Origin: Isosphaeraceae bacterium
GTDB lineage: Bacteria > Planctomycetota > Planctomycetia > Isosphaerales > Isosphaeraceae
Assembly (NCBI GenBank): GCA_049516015.1
Contig: JBEKTN010000042.1
Coordinates: forward strand, 2,930 to 66,929
Length of the DNA: 64,000 nt
Direction: 5' to 3'
Shown: positions 19,914 to 29,726 of the stretch, piece after piece
Position numbering within the stretch: position 1 is the stretch's first letter
How the letters are laid out: the number at the start of each line of letters is the position of its first letter
Notes under the pieces: model-generated
Told to the model about the DNA's origin: nothing
Databases searched by the model: none
What the model saw: only the letters and a program-made list of their open reading frames with translations
Made by a program: the position numbers and the translations under genes

Positions 19914-22244
19914 GTGGGATCGCCACTGATTGCGAATGTGACAACGTTCCTGCCGTGGTTCGATTCGTCGGGGATCGCGCCGGTCCTCGCGGCCCTGGCG
20001 GACCTTCCTGCCGGCATTTTGTGGATCGTTGGCCTGGTCGTGGGTGTGGTCGTGCTCAGCGAACTGACCGGCCTGCGGTACATCGCCAACAACCGGGTCG
20101 GTATCGTCGAGAAGCTGTGGTCGATCAAGGGTTCCGTCCCCGAAGGAGGGATCATCGCCCTGCATGGAGAGGCCGGTTTCCAGGCCGAGGTGCTGCGCGG
20201 CGGGCTCCATTTTGGCCGCTGGCGGTGGCAGTACCGGATTCATCGCGTCCCCCTGGTGACCGTGCCCCAGGGTAAGGTCGGTTACATCTATGCCAGAGAC
20301 GGCGAGCCCCTGGCACCCAGCCAGACCCTCGGCTGCGTGGTTTCTTGCAACTACTTCCAGGACGCCCGCGGTTTCCTGGTGGGTGAGCAGGTCAGTCCCG
20401 ATCAGGAGGCGATCACCGGCCAGCGCGGTCGGCAGCGGGCGATCCTCCGCGAAGGCGTGTACGCCCTGAACCTCGCGCTCTTCTACGTGCTCACCGAAGA
20501 CATGGTCTACCGTCTGGACACCGGCGGGCCGAAGGAGTTCAAGACCCTGGTCAACTGGCAGACCGAGCTGGCCGATCTGGACGGCTTCAACCCGGTGGTG
20601 ATCGGCGGACCGATCGAGACGATGGACCCGCTCAATCCCGACAAGAAAATGCTGGTTGACAGCATGGGCATCGTCACGGTCCATGACGGGCCGTCGTTGC
20701 CTCCGGGCGAGATCATCGCCCCGGCAGTCGGCACCGACCGCAACGACAAGTTCTTCCACAACAACTATCAGGACACCGAGGCGTTCCTCCTGGCCGGCGG
20801 CCGCAGGGGATTGCAGTATGTAGCCCTTACCGACGGCACGTATTTCATCAACCGCTGGTTCGCCACCCTGGAATCGATCCCCAAGACGATCGTGCCGATC
20901 GGCTACGTGGGCGTGATCGTCAGCTACTATGGCCGGACCGGTCAGGACGTTTCTGGCCAGGGTTTCCGGCACGGCGAGCGCGTGGGCGAGGGCGAACGCG
21001 GTGTGCTGGAGAAACCGCTGGGACCTGGCAAGTACGCCTTCAACACCTACGCGGGCAATATCGTCCTGGTGCCGACCACCAACTTCGTGCTCCACTGGGT
21101 CACGGGCCGGACAGAGACGCACCGGTATGACGAGAGTCTGCGGTCGATCGACCTGGTCACCAAGGACGCGTACGAGCCGACCTTGCCGCTGTCGGTCGTC
21201 GTCCACATCGACTACCAGAAGGCCCCGAGCGTCATCCAGCGCTTCGGCGACGTCAAGAAGCTGATCACCCAGACTCTTGACCCGATGCTCTCCGCGTACT
21301 TCCGCGACGTCGCCCATAAACGGACGATGCTCGAGCTCTTGCAGGAGCGCGACGCAATCCAGCACGAGTCGAGCCAGGAGCTGGGTCGCAAGTTCCACAA
21401 TTTCGACATCGAGTGCGTGGACGTGCTGATCGGCAAGCCCGACACGGCCGAGGCCGGCGGCAAGATCGAGACGCTGCTCGAACAGCTTCGCTTGCGGCAA
21501 CTGTCGCTCGAGCAAGTCGAGACCTACGCGAAGCAGGTCACCGCGTCCGAGAAGCTGCGGGCCCTCAACGAGGCCCAGGCCACGGCCGCAATGCAAACCA
21601 AGCTGACCAATTCGCTGGTCCAGGTGCAGATCGTCGAGAACGAGGCCGAGGCCCAGCTCGCCAAGGCTCGCAAGGAGGCCGAACAGAAGATCATCACCGC
21701 CCAGGCCGAGAGCCAGCAACGGATCCTCGCCGGCCGCGGTGAAGGCGCGAGGATCCTCCAGGAGGGTCTGTCCGAAGCGTCGGTCATGGTCCGCAAGATC
21801 CAGTCGTTCACCGACCCGAGGCTGTACGCGCTGTCGATCGTCGCCCAGAACCTGGCCCGGAGCAGTCAGCCGCTGGTCCCCGAGCGCGTCTTCATCGCCG
21901 GCGGCGGCAACGGTCATGCGACAGATGGCTTGCCCGTGGGTGCCGGAGCGACGGCCGGCACGGGCCTCCTGGGCATGCTGCTGAGCCTGCTCGTTGCCGA
22001 GAAGTCCGGCTTCGACGTCGCGGGGCTGCCCGGCGGCAACGTCCTTCAGGAGTTCTCCGACAAGATCTCCAAGCAGGCCATGGAGAACATCGAGGAGGCC
22101 ATGAAGGCCAACGTGGGTTCGGTGGCCAATGGCAACGTCGATCTGAACCTGGAAGTGGCCGATCCCTCGAAGACCGTTGCGTCCAGGCCGCGGCCGCAAC
22201 CGCAACCGGTCGAGGCGGCCACAACAACCGCCAGCAAGTCTTGA
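19914..22244 (+). CDS. Long SPFH/flotillin-like protein with internal repeats
   Basis: N-terminal TM helix, four repeated modules, SPFH core (SIDLVTKDA...LSAYFRDVA...IECVDVLIG), Ala/Glu/Gln coiled coil; AAGGAG SD. Confidence 0.9.
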   Translation: MGSPLIANVTTFLPWFDSSGIAPVLAALADLPAGILWIVGLVVGVVVLSELTGLRYIANNRVGIVEKLWSIKGSVPEGGIIALHGEAGFQAEVLRGGLHFGRWRWQYRIHRVPLVTVPQGKVGYIYARDGEPLAPSQTLGCVVSCNYFQDARGFLVGEQVSPDQEAITGQRGRQRAILREGVYALNLALFYVLTEDMVYRLDTGGPKEFKTLVNWQTELADLDGFNPVVIGGPIETMDPLNPDKKMLVDSMGIVTVHDGPSLPPGEIIAPAVGTDRNDKFFHNNYQDTEAFLLAGGRRGLQYVALTDGTYFINRWFATLESIPKTIVPIGYVGVIVSYYGRTGQDVSGQGFRHGERVGEGERGVLEKPLGPGKYAFNTYAGNIVLVPTTNFVLHWVTGRTETHRYDESLRSIDLVTKDAYEPTLPLSVVVHIDYQKAPSVIQRFGDVKKLITQTLDPMLSAYFRDVAHKRTMLELLQERDAIQHESSQELGRKFHNFDIECVDVLIGKPDTAEAGGKIETLLEQLRLRQLSLEQVETYAKQVTASEKLRALNEAQATAAMQTKLTNSLVQVQIVENEAEAQLAKARKEAEQKIITAQAESQQRILAGRGEGARILQEGLSEASVMVRKIQSFTDPRLYALSIVAQNLARSSQPLVPERVFIAGGGNGHATDGLPVGAGATAGTGLLGMLLSLLVAEKSGFDVAGLPGGNVLQEFSDKISKQAMENIEEAMKANVGSVANGNVDLNLEVADPSKTVASRPRPQPQPVEAATTTASKS

Positions 22245-22413
22245 TCACCGCCGACCGGGCGAACTCAAACCTCATTTTGGATCTCTTCGCGAACTTGCCC
22301 GTCGCTAACCGACGACTCTCGGAACGGGCCCCAGGAAGTTCCGTGGCGCGCCAACTTCTTCGTCAACACCTTGGTGTAGGTCTCTGGAAAAAATATGAGA
22401 TAACATAATCATA

Positions 22414-23547
22414 TCAGTTGTTCACATGAACTACAGTTGCAGGAGGGAAGCCGTTGAAGTGGGTGCTGCTCGCAGCGGAATAGGCGCCGATGTTCTCGGA
22501 GTAGACCAAATCGCCCACGTCGAGGTCGGGTAGTTCCTCGGCGAGGCTGATCGTGTCGAGTGCGTCGCACGTCGGCCCGAAGACAGAACAAATCTGCGTC
22601 GGCCCCTTCTTGAAGCTCTTGAGGTGATACTGGCAATGGTCGAATATCACGCCGCTGAAGGTGTGGTAGACTCCGTCATCCAGATAGTAGCAAGGCTTGC
22701 CCCCACGGACGGCTTTGCCAATGATTTTCGCTACCGCCGTCGCGGCGGAAGCGACGAGGAACCGACCTGGCTCGGCAAGGATTTCGATCGGCTCGGGGAA
22801 AAGTCGACCGATCTCGGTGTTGATCGTGGCCGCCAGCCTTCGGAAGGCAGGCACGGCGTCGTCATAGTGTGCGGGGAAGCCGCCACCTATGTCGAGCAAC
22901 TTGAGGTCAAACCCGCGCAGCTTCGCCTCGGCAAAGATGCCGGCGGCGAGGTGCAACGCCTGCACGTAATTCTGGGCGTTAGTGCACTGGCTGCCGACAT
23001 GAAAGCTCACTCCCTCGACCTCGAGTTTGCTAAAATGCGCGAAACTCATGAGGTCGACCGCCTCCCCAGGCAACGCACCGAATTTGCTGGAAAGCTCGAC
23101 CATCGACCCGGTGTTGGGTACGCGCAACCGCAGAACCAGCCCCGAGTGGGGCGCATATCGGGCGATCTTGATCACCTCTTCGTGATTGTCATAGGTCACC
23201 AAGGGCTTGTATTGGTCCAACTGCTCGAGGGTCTCGATTGCCTTGATCGGATTCGCGTAGATCACACGGTCCCAGATGAAGTCTTGCCGCTCCTTCGCCG
23301 AAAGCTGCGCGAGCTTTTCGTGCACGTTCAAGAACTCTGCCATGCTGGCGACGTCGAAGCTGGCCCCCGCGTCATAAAAGGTCTGCACGATGACTGAGTC
23401 GCTGTTCGCTTTCACCGCATAGTAGGCCTGCACGCGCGGCATGAATCGCCGAAACTGCGCATAATTCTCGCGCAGCACCTTATGATCCACCACTACAATC
23501 GGCGTGCCGTGGCTCTTGGCCAAACGAATCAGCGTCTTTTGGTCCAT
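22414..23547 (-). CDS. Fold-III PLP-dependent ornithine(/lysine) decarboxylase
   Basis: YAVKAN, FDVAS, SFHVGSQC, LDIGGGF, AEPGR, FGPTCDALD, GAYS...FNGF. Confidence 0.92.
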   Translation of the reverse strand: MDQKTLIRLAKSHGTPIVVVDHKVLRENYAQFRRFMPRVQAYYAVKANSDSVIVQTFYDAGASFDVASMAEFLNVHEKLAQLSAKERQDFIWDRVIYANPIKAIETLEQLDQYKPLVTYDNHEEVIKIARYAPHSGLVLRLRVPNTGSMVELSSKFGALPGEAVDLMSFAHFSKLEVEGVSFHVGSQCTNAQNYVQALHLAAGIFAEAKLRGFDLKLLDIGGGFPAHYDDAVPAFRRLAATINTEIGRLFPEPIEILAEPGRFLVASAATAVAKIIGKAVRGGKPCYYLDDGVYHTFSGVIFDHCQYHLKSFKKGPTQICSVFGPTCDALDTISLAEELPDLDVGDLVYSENIGAYSAASSTHFNGFPPATVVHVNN

Positions 23548-23677
23548 GGATTGTCCGCTCGGGGCGATCACGAGGGGTGTGAAAAATGAGTCAGGACGGC
23601 CAACTCTAAAATCATGACTCACAGACTGCGCGTGCCTGCACTTCGTCAGGCCGGCAGTCGGGCTGCAATCCCTCGTG

Positions 23678-25138
23678 TCAGTCTCCGTCCGTGATCAGAA
23701 AGTTCTTGAACTGCCATGGATCGGAAGTGTCGAGTTCAGGTTGATTGTAGCCGCGAAAGTAGTTCGAGTAGTGCTTCAGCGGGTTCCAGTCCGAGGCCGC
23801 GGAAAGAAACTTGCCCAGGTAGGGTTTACTTATCTCCAGCACCTTGTCATGGGGCAAGTCATCGGGCACGCACAGTCCCCGGCGCGGGTTCTCCAGCATC
23901 CACATGCAGGCGACGACGACGGAAATCGCCACCTGCATCGTGGTGGCATTCTGGTGCGGCACGAGTCGACGTGATTCCTCGATGCTCAGGTCGGAACCAC
24001 ACCACCACGATTGATACGGGTGCCCCATCACGAGCGCGCCCAGGATGTCCGCGCCGCTGATGATCTCGTCCGTCATAATGCGGATCCGCGACTGCAACCG
24101 GTAATCGCGACCGCGGAGCTCGTGGAGTGACGCGATGGCGGAGTCGCACGGGCAATACGCGTAATGGACGGTCGGGCGATAGATAGCGTTCCCTCCCTCC
24201 CATACCGTCAGTCGCTCGGTAATGGTGAACGCCTCGCCATGGCGGACGACCATGCCAACGATGTGGTGGTCAGGCGGCACCCAGCTCGCCACGAAACAGT
24301 TCATACCCATCCGCGCGAGGCAGATTTGGCTCTTGGGGCCTTTCTCATGCTCGAAGGCAAACGCGGGTGGCTGTTTCTCATGCGTTCCCCAGCCCATCTC
24401 GGCCGTCGTTGTCCCCTCCTCGCGGAAACCCTCGACGCTCCAAGTGTTCACAAATTCGTCGACTTGTTTGGGCTGATTTGTGATCTGCGTGTCTCGCTCG
24501 CTGCAATGAATGACTTTGACGCCGAGTTCATGGGCGAGATGGTTGAATTCGAGTGATCGGGCGTGGCCAGCGATCTTCTCCGCCCGAGCGCCACTGAACT
24601 TCTTGTCCTCCAGTGCTTGCTGAGCGATGTCCAGCAGAGCCTGCTTCGTGAAGTGGCTGATCAAGCCCGGATTCGCCCCATGTTCGAGCACGGCCGTCGG
24701 TCCCGGATCGCTCCAACCCGTGATCATTCGCCGCAAGTTCATATGCCGCCAGTAGAGCGTCCGCTCGGTCGGGTGCTTATCGTGCGAACTTTCGTACGGA
24801 TCCCAGAGTTCCACCGATGTGTTGATGTAAAGCACGCCGTGGTCGTGACACCATTGCACGATCTCGCAGCAATCGATGTTCCATGCCAAGTCGATGAGTA
24901 GGTCTCCGGCCGAAAGATGCTGGCCCAGCAATGTGCCCAGGTTCTCCGGCGCCACGCGATCTTTGACGAAGGTCACTCCTTGCTCGATCCAAGGTTCCAG
25001 TGCCCCCATGTTCGGCTCGAAGTCCATGATCGTCAGCTTGTTTGGATCAACGCTGATCTGCCTGAGCAGAATGGGCAAAGTACACCGCGCCACTGCCCCA
25101 AAACCGACCATGAGAATTCGATTCGTAAAAGTGAGCAT
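23678..25138 (-). CDS. hss: Homospermidine synthase
   Basis: GFGAV Rossmann motif, HGANPGLISHF, IHCSERDTQ, NTWSVEG, RPTVHYAY, QNATTMQVA, DPWQF. Confidence 0.92.
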   Translation of the reverse strand: MLTFTNRILMVGFGAVARCTLPILLRQISVDPNKLTIMDFEPNMGALEPWIEQGVTFVKDRVAPENLGTLLGQHLSAGDLLIDLAWNIDCCEIVQWCHDHGVLYINTSVELWDPYESSHDKHPTERTLYWRHMNLRRMITGWSDPGPTAVLEHGANPGLISHFTKQALLDIAQQALEDKKFSGARAEKIAGHARSLEFNHLAHELGVKVIHCSERDTQITNQPKQVDEFVNTWSVEGFREEGTTTAEMGWGTHEKQPPAFAFEHEKGPKSQICLARMGMNCFVASWVPPDHHIVGMVVRHGEAFTITERLTVWEGGNAIYRPTVHYAYCPCDSAIASLHELRGRDYRLQSRIRIMTDEIISGADILGALVMGHPYQSWWCGSDLSIEESRRLVPHQNATTMQVAISVVVACMWMLENPRRGLCVPDDLPHDKVLEISKPYLGKFLSAASDWNPLKHYSNYFRGYNQPELDTSDPWQFKNFLITDGD

Positions 25139-25758
25139 CACCTGGCTCTCCCGAACTTGCTGACCGGACCGAGCCGGCGAGCACAAAAGTCTTGCTGAGA
25201 TTCATGTTGGGTTCGACGAACAGACGGTCTTCGGAACGATCGCTGTACATCGATCAATGCAGGTCTTGACTCAATGCACGTTTTGACTGTCATGCCTGCC
25301 ACGGTTCGCTTCTCGGCGCCCTGCTGACCCTTGGCCGCATCAGGGAACAGTGTTGTGAAGCAGAGTGAAGTGCTGTCATGCGGTTCTGGCCGGAGATTCT
25401 CCCTGAGGATTGTCAGGCTATCCTCGACATCGAGCGCTGCCTGTGCGGATGGAAATAGCATGAGGTTCCAGACGAGCGCTGTCAACCGCCGAAGAATCGT
25501 GCTCCGGAAAAAGCGCCGTCTGCGCTAGAACGCGTTGTGGAGCAAGCGATTGCGGGAAGGCTCTGAATCCAGGATTCGAAATCGATTGACAGCTCCTCCG
25601 GTATCTTGTATACATTTCTAGCGTTCGACACCCGGGTTATCCACCAGTCAGGGGCCTCACGTCGAACACCAGTCGGCAATCATGCCCACTGCAACGGATG
25701 GCACCTTGGACGCCCCTTCGTTTCTCCGGGGCCAGGCAACTCAGGCAGGGGTAACTGC

Positions 25759-26220
25759 ATGGACGTGTCAACTCAGATTGGACGAGACCACCCCATCGAT
25801 CTCAAACGGGTGGTGACAAATCCCGATGGCTCGGCGACCCACGAGCACCTCCTGACATTCATCCCCGTTCAGTTCAGTGGCGGGAACGTGAAGTTCTGCT
25901 TCGTGGGTCGATCCGACGTGAACATCCTCCGCGAAGGTGCCCGCAACTGGAACCCGCCCGCATCCAACATAAGGCCGGCGGGGCGGTTCTCGAACCTGGC
26001 GATGACGCTCAAGACGGGCGATCTGATCAGGGTGGGCACGGGCCTCCTCGACCTCCGCCTGATGTCCGTGTGCCGGGGTCGAGCCACGATCAGGGCGACG
26101 ATCCTGGCCGATGGTCTGCTCCTCAACCTGGAACCGCTCAGCGATGGCCTGGAGTTGAACCTCCGCAGGATCATCGAACGGCTTAACCGGGGTGGGGACT
26201 ATCGGAGCGATGCCCTCTAG
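25759..26220 (+). CDS. Hypothetical protein with two divergent CsrA-like segments
   Basis: VQFSGGNVKFCFVGRSDVNILREG and LAMTLKTGDLIRVG..LDLRLMSV..GRATI resemble CsrA strands. Confidence 0.55.
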   Translation: MDVSTQIGRDHPIDLKRVVTNPDGSATHEHLLTFIPVQFSGGNVKFCFVGRSDVNILREGARNWNPPASNIRPAGRFSNLAMTLKTGDLIRVGTGLLDLRLMSVCRGRATIRATILADGLLLNLEPLSDGLELNLRRIIERLNRGGDYRSDAL

Positions 26221-26386
26221 CCTGGCCCCCCGCCAAGGCCGACCGGGCGTCCCGCATTGGTGCTGGCCGGGAAGCCTTGGATTCCGTGCCTGGCCGGCCT
26301 GCTGTCAGCCGGAGGTCGAGTCTGCTTTGAGCCCCGCGCCTGTGGTCGTGTTAAGCAGGGCGGGCCAGCACTATCGGATGGGCTGC

Positions 26387-26926
26387 ATGTTGGTTCTGTC
26401 ATGCAAGAAGTGCGAGGCGATCCTGATCGATGGCGTGATCCGGATCGAAGTCGTGAATATGGCGAAGGCAACAGTCCGGGTGCGACTGATGTCTCCCCGA
26501 AGCTTGCAACTGCCCCATGGGATTGCGAGGGAGGAAACTCGAGACCGACAGGATTCACCAGCAAGGATAAGTCCGGTGGGTATGGAAGTTTTCCACCTGA
26601 CCCTGATCAACCAGCAGATCGTCCATCTCGGCGAATCCGTGAGTCTAGGCGTCGTGGATGCCGATAAATCCCGGGTTCTTTTCTTCGTCGATGCCCCGGC
26701 GGGGACGAGCGTCATGGCCGTCGGTCAAGCAGGACAGGATCGCGCGAACGCGTCCTCGAACCAGATTCTTCTTCAGTTCATGGGCCAGGGCACTGAGCGG
26801 CCGGACGAGCATCGAGAGAAGCCGGCCCCCGGTGTCGCATCGCGCGAGGGCCAGACGGCAAGCGTTGGATCGGGCCCGGATGTCCTGCCGTTCCCTTCGA
26901 ATCAACCCCACAGGAATCGTCCGTGA
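26387..26926 (+). CDS. Tandem CsrA-like (carbon storage regulator fold) protein
   Basis: MLVLSCKKCEAILIDGVIRIEVV....TVRVRLMSP, then LTLINQQIVHLGESVSLGVV....RVLFFVDAP. Confidence 0.7.
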   Translation: MLVLSCKKCEAILIDGVIRIEVVNMAKATVRVRLMSPRSLQLPHGIAREETRDRQDSPARISPVGMEVFHLTLINQQIVHLGESVSLGVVDADKSRVLFFVDAPAGTSVMAVGQAGQDRANASSNQILLQFMGQGTERPDEHREKPAPGVASREGQTASVGSGPDVLPFPSNQPHRNRP

Positions 26927-27116
26927 AGCGGCCACGTACCGGGTTGGCTTCGCACATTTTCCCACACACCTCGTCCAGTAAATCGCAGGATTCCCCCGAT
27001 TCATGGCATCAAGTATCATTGCGATGATGAAGCCGTGTGTAAGAAGTCCCCGCCCGCTTTAGCGCGGTTTGCTCGCGCATTGCATACAGCGATCAAAAAA
27101 GGCCGTGGTGCTCATA

Positions 27117-27207
27117 CCTTCTCCCCGCGGGAGAAGGTGCCCCGCAGGGGCGGATGAGGGCTGAGCTGCTTGCCTTGGCCCGCTCCCCGCGGGAGAAGGA
27201 GAGAAGG
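27117..27207. repeat. REP-type palindromic element
   Basis: ccttctccccgcgggagaagg-tgccccgcaggggc-ggatgaggg, plus a second ctccccgcgggagaagg. Confidence 0.8.
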
Positions 27208-27291
27208 CCCTGCCGCGCCTGCAACTCAACGGTAAAACGCGCTAAGGTATTTCCCCACGGGCGGCGCATATTCGGGAAAGGGGAACAGCAT

Positions 27292-27615
27292 ATGGCTCTG
27301 CTGTACAGTCTCTCGAACGACCAGGACGATCAGCGCGAGGCCGCTACCGAGTTTCTTTCCAGCCGCTGGAGCGATGTGCTGGAAGAAGGGCCCGTTCTTG
27401 CGCTTTGCTCGGCACTGAGCTCATCGGCATGGACCGCCGAGTCCTTCGAGGTCCTCAGCGTCGAGGCCGACAGCAACGTTCGGGTTCGCTTCGCCTTCGA
27501 GGCCAAGGGCCTGGACAAGAAATCGAAACCGAGCGGGGATCGCGTGAACGGATCGGCCGTCGCCGTGATCGACGTTTACGACCACGTCGAATTCGTTGAT
27601 GTTGACGTGGCTTGA
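27292..27615 (+). CDS. Acidic hypothetical protein
   Basis: ATG after an AAGGGG SD; coding-like codon usage. Confidence 0.7.
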   Translation: MALLYSLSNDQDDQREAATEFLSSRWSDVLEEGPVLALCSALSSSAWTAESFEVLSVEADSNVRVRFAFEAKGLDKKSKPSGDRVNGSAVAVIDVYDHVEFVDVDVA

Positions 27616-27849
27616 CCGCTCTCTTGTCCTCGCCACTCAATCGCAACCCCGCCGGGGGTCCGAGCCAGCCCCAGGGCGTTCATCCGTGGCGCCAGCGTGG
27701 TCGGCCTCAGTCCGAGTAGAGCAGACACTTCGATCACCGCATGGCTGCGTGAGGGCTGCGCCGAGGATCATTGACCGCGATCCGGACGTATCTACAATAT
27801 AGGCTGCGTCACATCGCGCCATTCCATGAACCCAACCAGGAGACCAGCG

Positions 27850-28332
27850 GTGTACAAGACGAAGAATGACCTGTCCGAGGCAACCCGCGTCAAGGTAATC
27901 GAGCTGCTCAACGCACGGCTCGCGGACTGCAAGGACCTGGAGACGCAAACCAAGCAGGCCCACTGGAACGTCAAGGGACCGCACTTCATCGGCCTGCACC
28001 TACTGTTCGACAATATCAATGATGCCGTGAGGAACTATGTGGACGAGATCGCCGAACGGGCAGTGCAGCTCGGGGGCGTGGCCGAGGGGACGGCCCGGGT
28101 GGTGGCGAAGCGGAGCTCTTTGCCCGAATATCCGTTGCATGCCGCGGACGGCCGCAGCCACGTCGACGCGCTGTCATCAGCCCTTGCGGCGTTCGCCAAG
28201 TCGGCGCGGCAGGCCATCGATCAGGCCAACGAGCTGGGCGACCTGGACACGGCCGACCTGTTCACGGAGGTGTCGCGCGGCGTCGACAAGTGGCTATGGT
28301 TCGTCGAGGCGCACCTGCAAGCAGATCGATGA
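27850..28332 (+). CDS. dps: DNA protection during starvation protein Dps
   Basis: KQAHWNVKGPHFIGLHLLFD, DEIAER, DTADLFTE, DKWLWFVEAH; GTG after AGGAG. Confidence 0.96.
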   Translation: MYKTKNDLSEATRVKVIELLNARLADCKDLETQTKQAHWNVKGPHFIGLHLLFDNINDAVRNYVDEIAERAVQLGGVAEGTARVVAKRSSLPEYPLHAADGRSHVDALSSALAAFAKSARQAIDQANELGDLDTADLFTEVSRGVDKWLWFVEAHLQADR

Positions 28333-28939
28333 GCAGAGCGGTTGTGACCAACCGAGACGGCCCGAAAATCTCCCACCGAGGACCGTCCCAGACTGGATAC
28401 GGCAGCGATCCGGATGATCATTCGCTGCGGGTGACTCAATCTTGCGAGCGGCATCAGAAGTCGAGCTGCTAGCCAACGCCATCACTGTCAAGCTGCTCTC
28501 CAAAGCGGAATCGGTTCGTCTGGTGTCGGCAACCGGCTGAGAATCCGTGCCGGGACCGTTCCCTGCAATCTTGGTACAGGGCGCGGCAGAGAATGCGTTG
28601 AATGTAGAGAGAGAACCAGGCGTCATCAAGAGTCGAGTCGCCATCTGCCAGTTGAGCCTGGAGTGGTCCTGAGACGCCGGTTATAATGACGCGTACCTCC
28701 ACCTATGAGCGGCCCGTTCGCAGCGTGGCAAGACGCGATCGGCTGGATCCAGGTCAGTCACCTGGGAGCCAGCCGTCCGGATCGCGCGCGAGACACCGGC
28801 GACGGGCTTTCAATGTGAAGATCCGGGGAAAAGCCGGATGGCTGGGAACGGAGGCCGAACCGTCGGCCGCCGGTTCATCGATTTCCAGAGAATTGCGATC
28901 TCAACCCCGAATTACTTCTGCAACCGAAGGGAGCCTGAC

Positions 28940-29164
28940 ATGCCAAACAGCGTTTACAAGGTGATCGAGCTGGTGGGGTCCAGCCCTGAATCGTGGGAGA
29001 AAGCCGTGGCTACGGCGGTCAAGCAGGCGTCCAGCACGCTACGCGAGCTACGGATCGCCGAGGTCATTCAACAGGACGCCCATATCGCCAAGGATGGCTC
29101 GATCGAGACCTACCGCGCCAAGATTCGAGTCTCATTCAAGTTACTGGAAGGGGAACGGGGCTGA
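28940..29164 (+). CDS. Dodecin family protein
   Basis: SVYKVIELVGSS..SWEKA...ASSTLRELRIAEV...YRAKIRVSFK. Confidence 0.92.
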   Translation: MPNSVYKVIELVGSSPESWEKAVATAVKQASSTLRELRIAEVIQQDAHIAKDGSIETYRAKIRVSFKLLEGERG

Positions 29165-29332
29165 TCCGCTCTCCCGCGCCGGGACGGGCTCGGCTCGCTC
29201 CGGCGCGGGTCTGTTCCCGTCACGGTTCTGCCCCTGTCCCGAGGACAGGCGCGAAATCTCTCCCTGTGTACGTGCCATCGGGCCTGTCCGATTGCGTCCT
29301 TGAGCCGAGTCTCAGCCCATGGGCTCGCCGGC

Positions 29333-29361
29333 TTGACTGGCAGGCTCTTTTCGAATAGAGT
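29333..29361 (+). promoter_or_regulatory. Putative sigma70 promoter of rpsR
   Basis: TTGACT-N17-TAGAGT about 105 bp upstream of rpsR. Confidence 0.55.
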
Positions 29362-29465
29362 GTGAGTTTCCGCGATTGCTGAAACTCTCCTCCAGCAGCA
29401 GGGCAGCGCTTGGGCCTCCCGCATGTGAGGATTATGGTTCGCAACGGTTTGAGGACACCAGGTTT

Positions 29466-29708
29466 ATGCCCCGGAAAAAGTTTGGTCGCAACCGCAAGAA
29501 TCGCTGTCGATTTTGCACGCGTGAAGGCTGCCCTCGTCCGGCTTATGTCGATTACAAGGACATCGGTCTTCTGAAGAAGCTTTGCACCAACCAGAGCAAG
29601 ATGTTCTCTCGCAAGCGCAGCGGCAACTGTGCGGCGTTTCAGCGCGCCTCCAGCGCGGCGGTGAAGCGTGCGCGTTTCATGGCTCTCCTGCCGTACGTCG
29701 GCGAGTAA
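29466..29708 (+). CDS. rpsR: 30S ribosomal protein bS18
   Basis: CRFC...VDYKD..LLK...RKRSGNCAAFQR...AVKRARFMALLPY. Confidence 0.95.
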   Translation: MPRKKFGRNRKNRCRFCTREGCPRPAYVDYKDIGLLKKLCTNQSKMFSRKRSGNCAAFQRASSAAVKRARFMALLPYVGE

Positions 29709-29726
29709 CCCGGTTGGCCCGCTTGC

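Noticed and set aside
25390-25580. GGA-containing stretch upstream of the CsrA-like genes as a CsrB-like sponge RNA
   Set aside because: GGA density is only modestly high and there are no regular GGA-loop hairpins
28333-28930. 600-bp gap between dps and dodecin as an ncRNA or small gene
   Set aside because: No convincing ORF, SD or recognisable RNA motif
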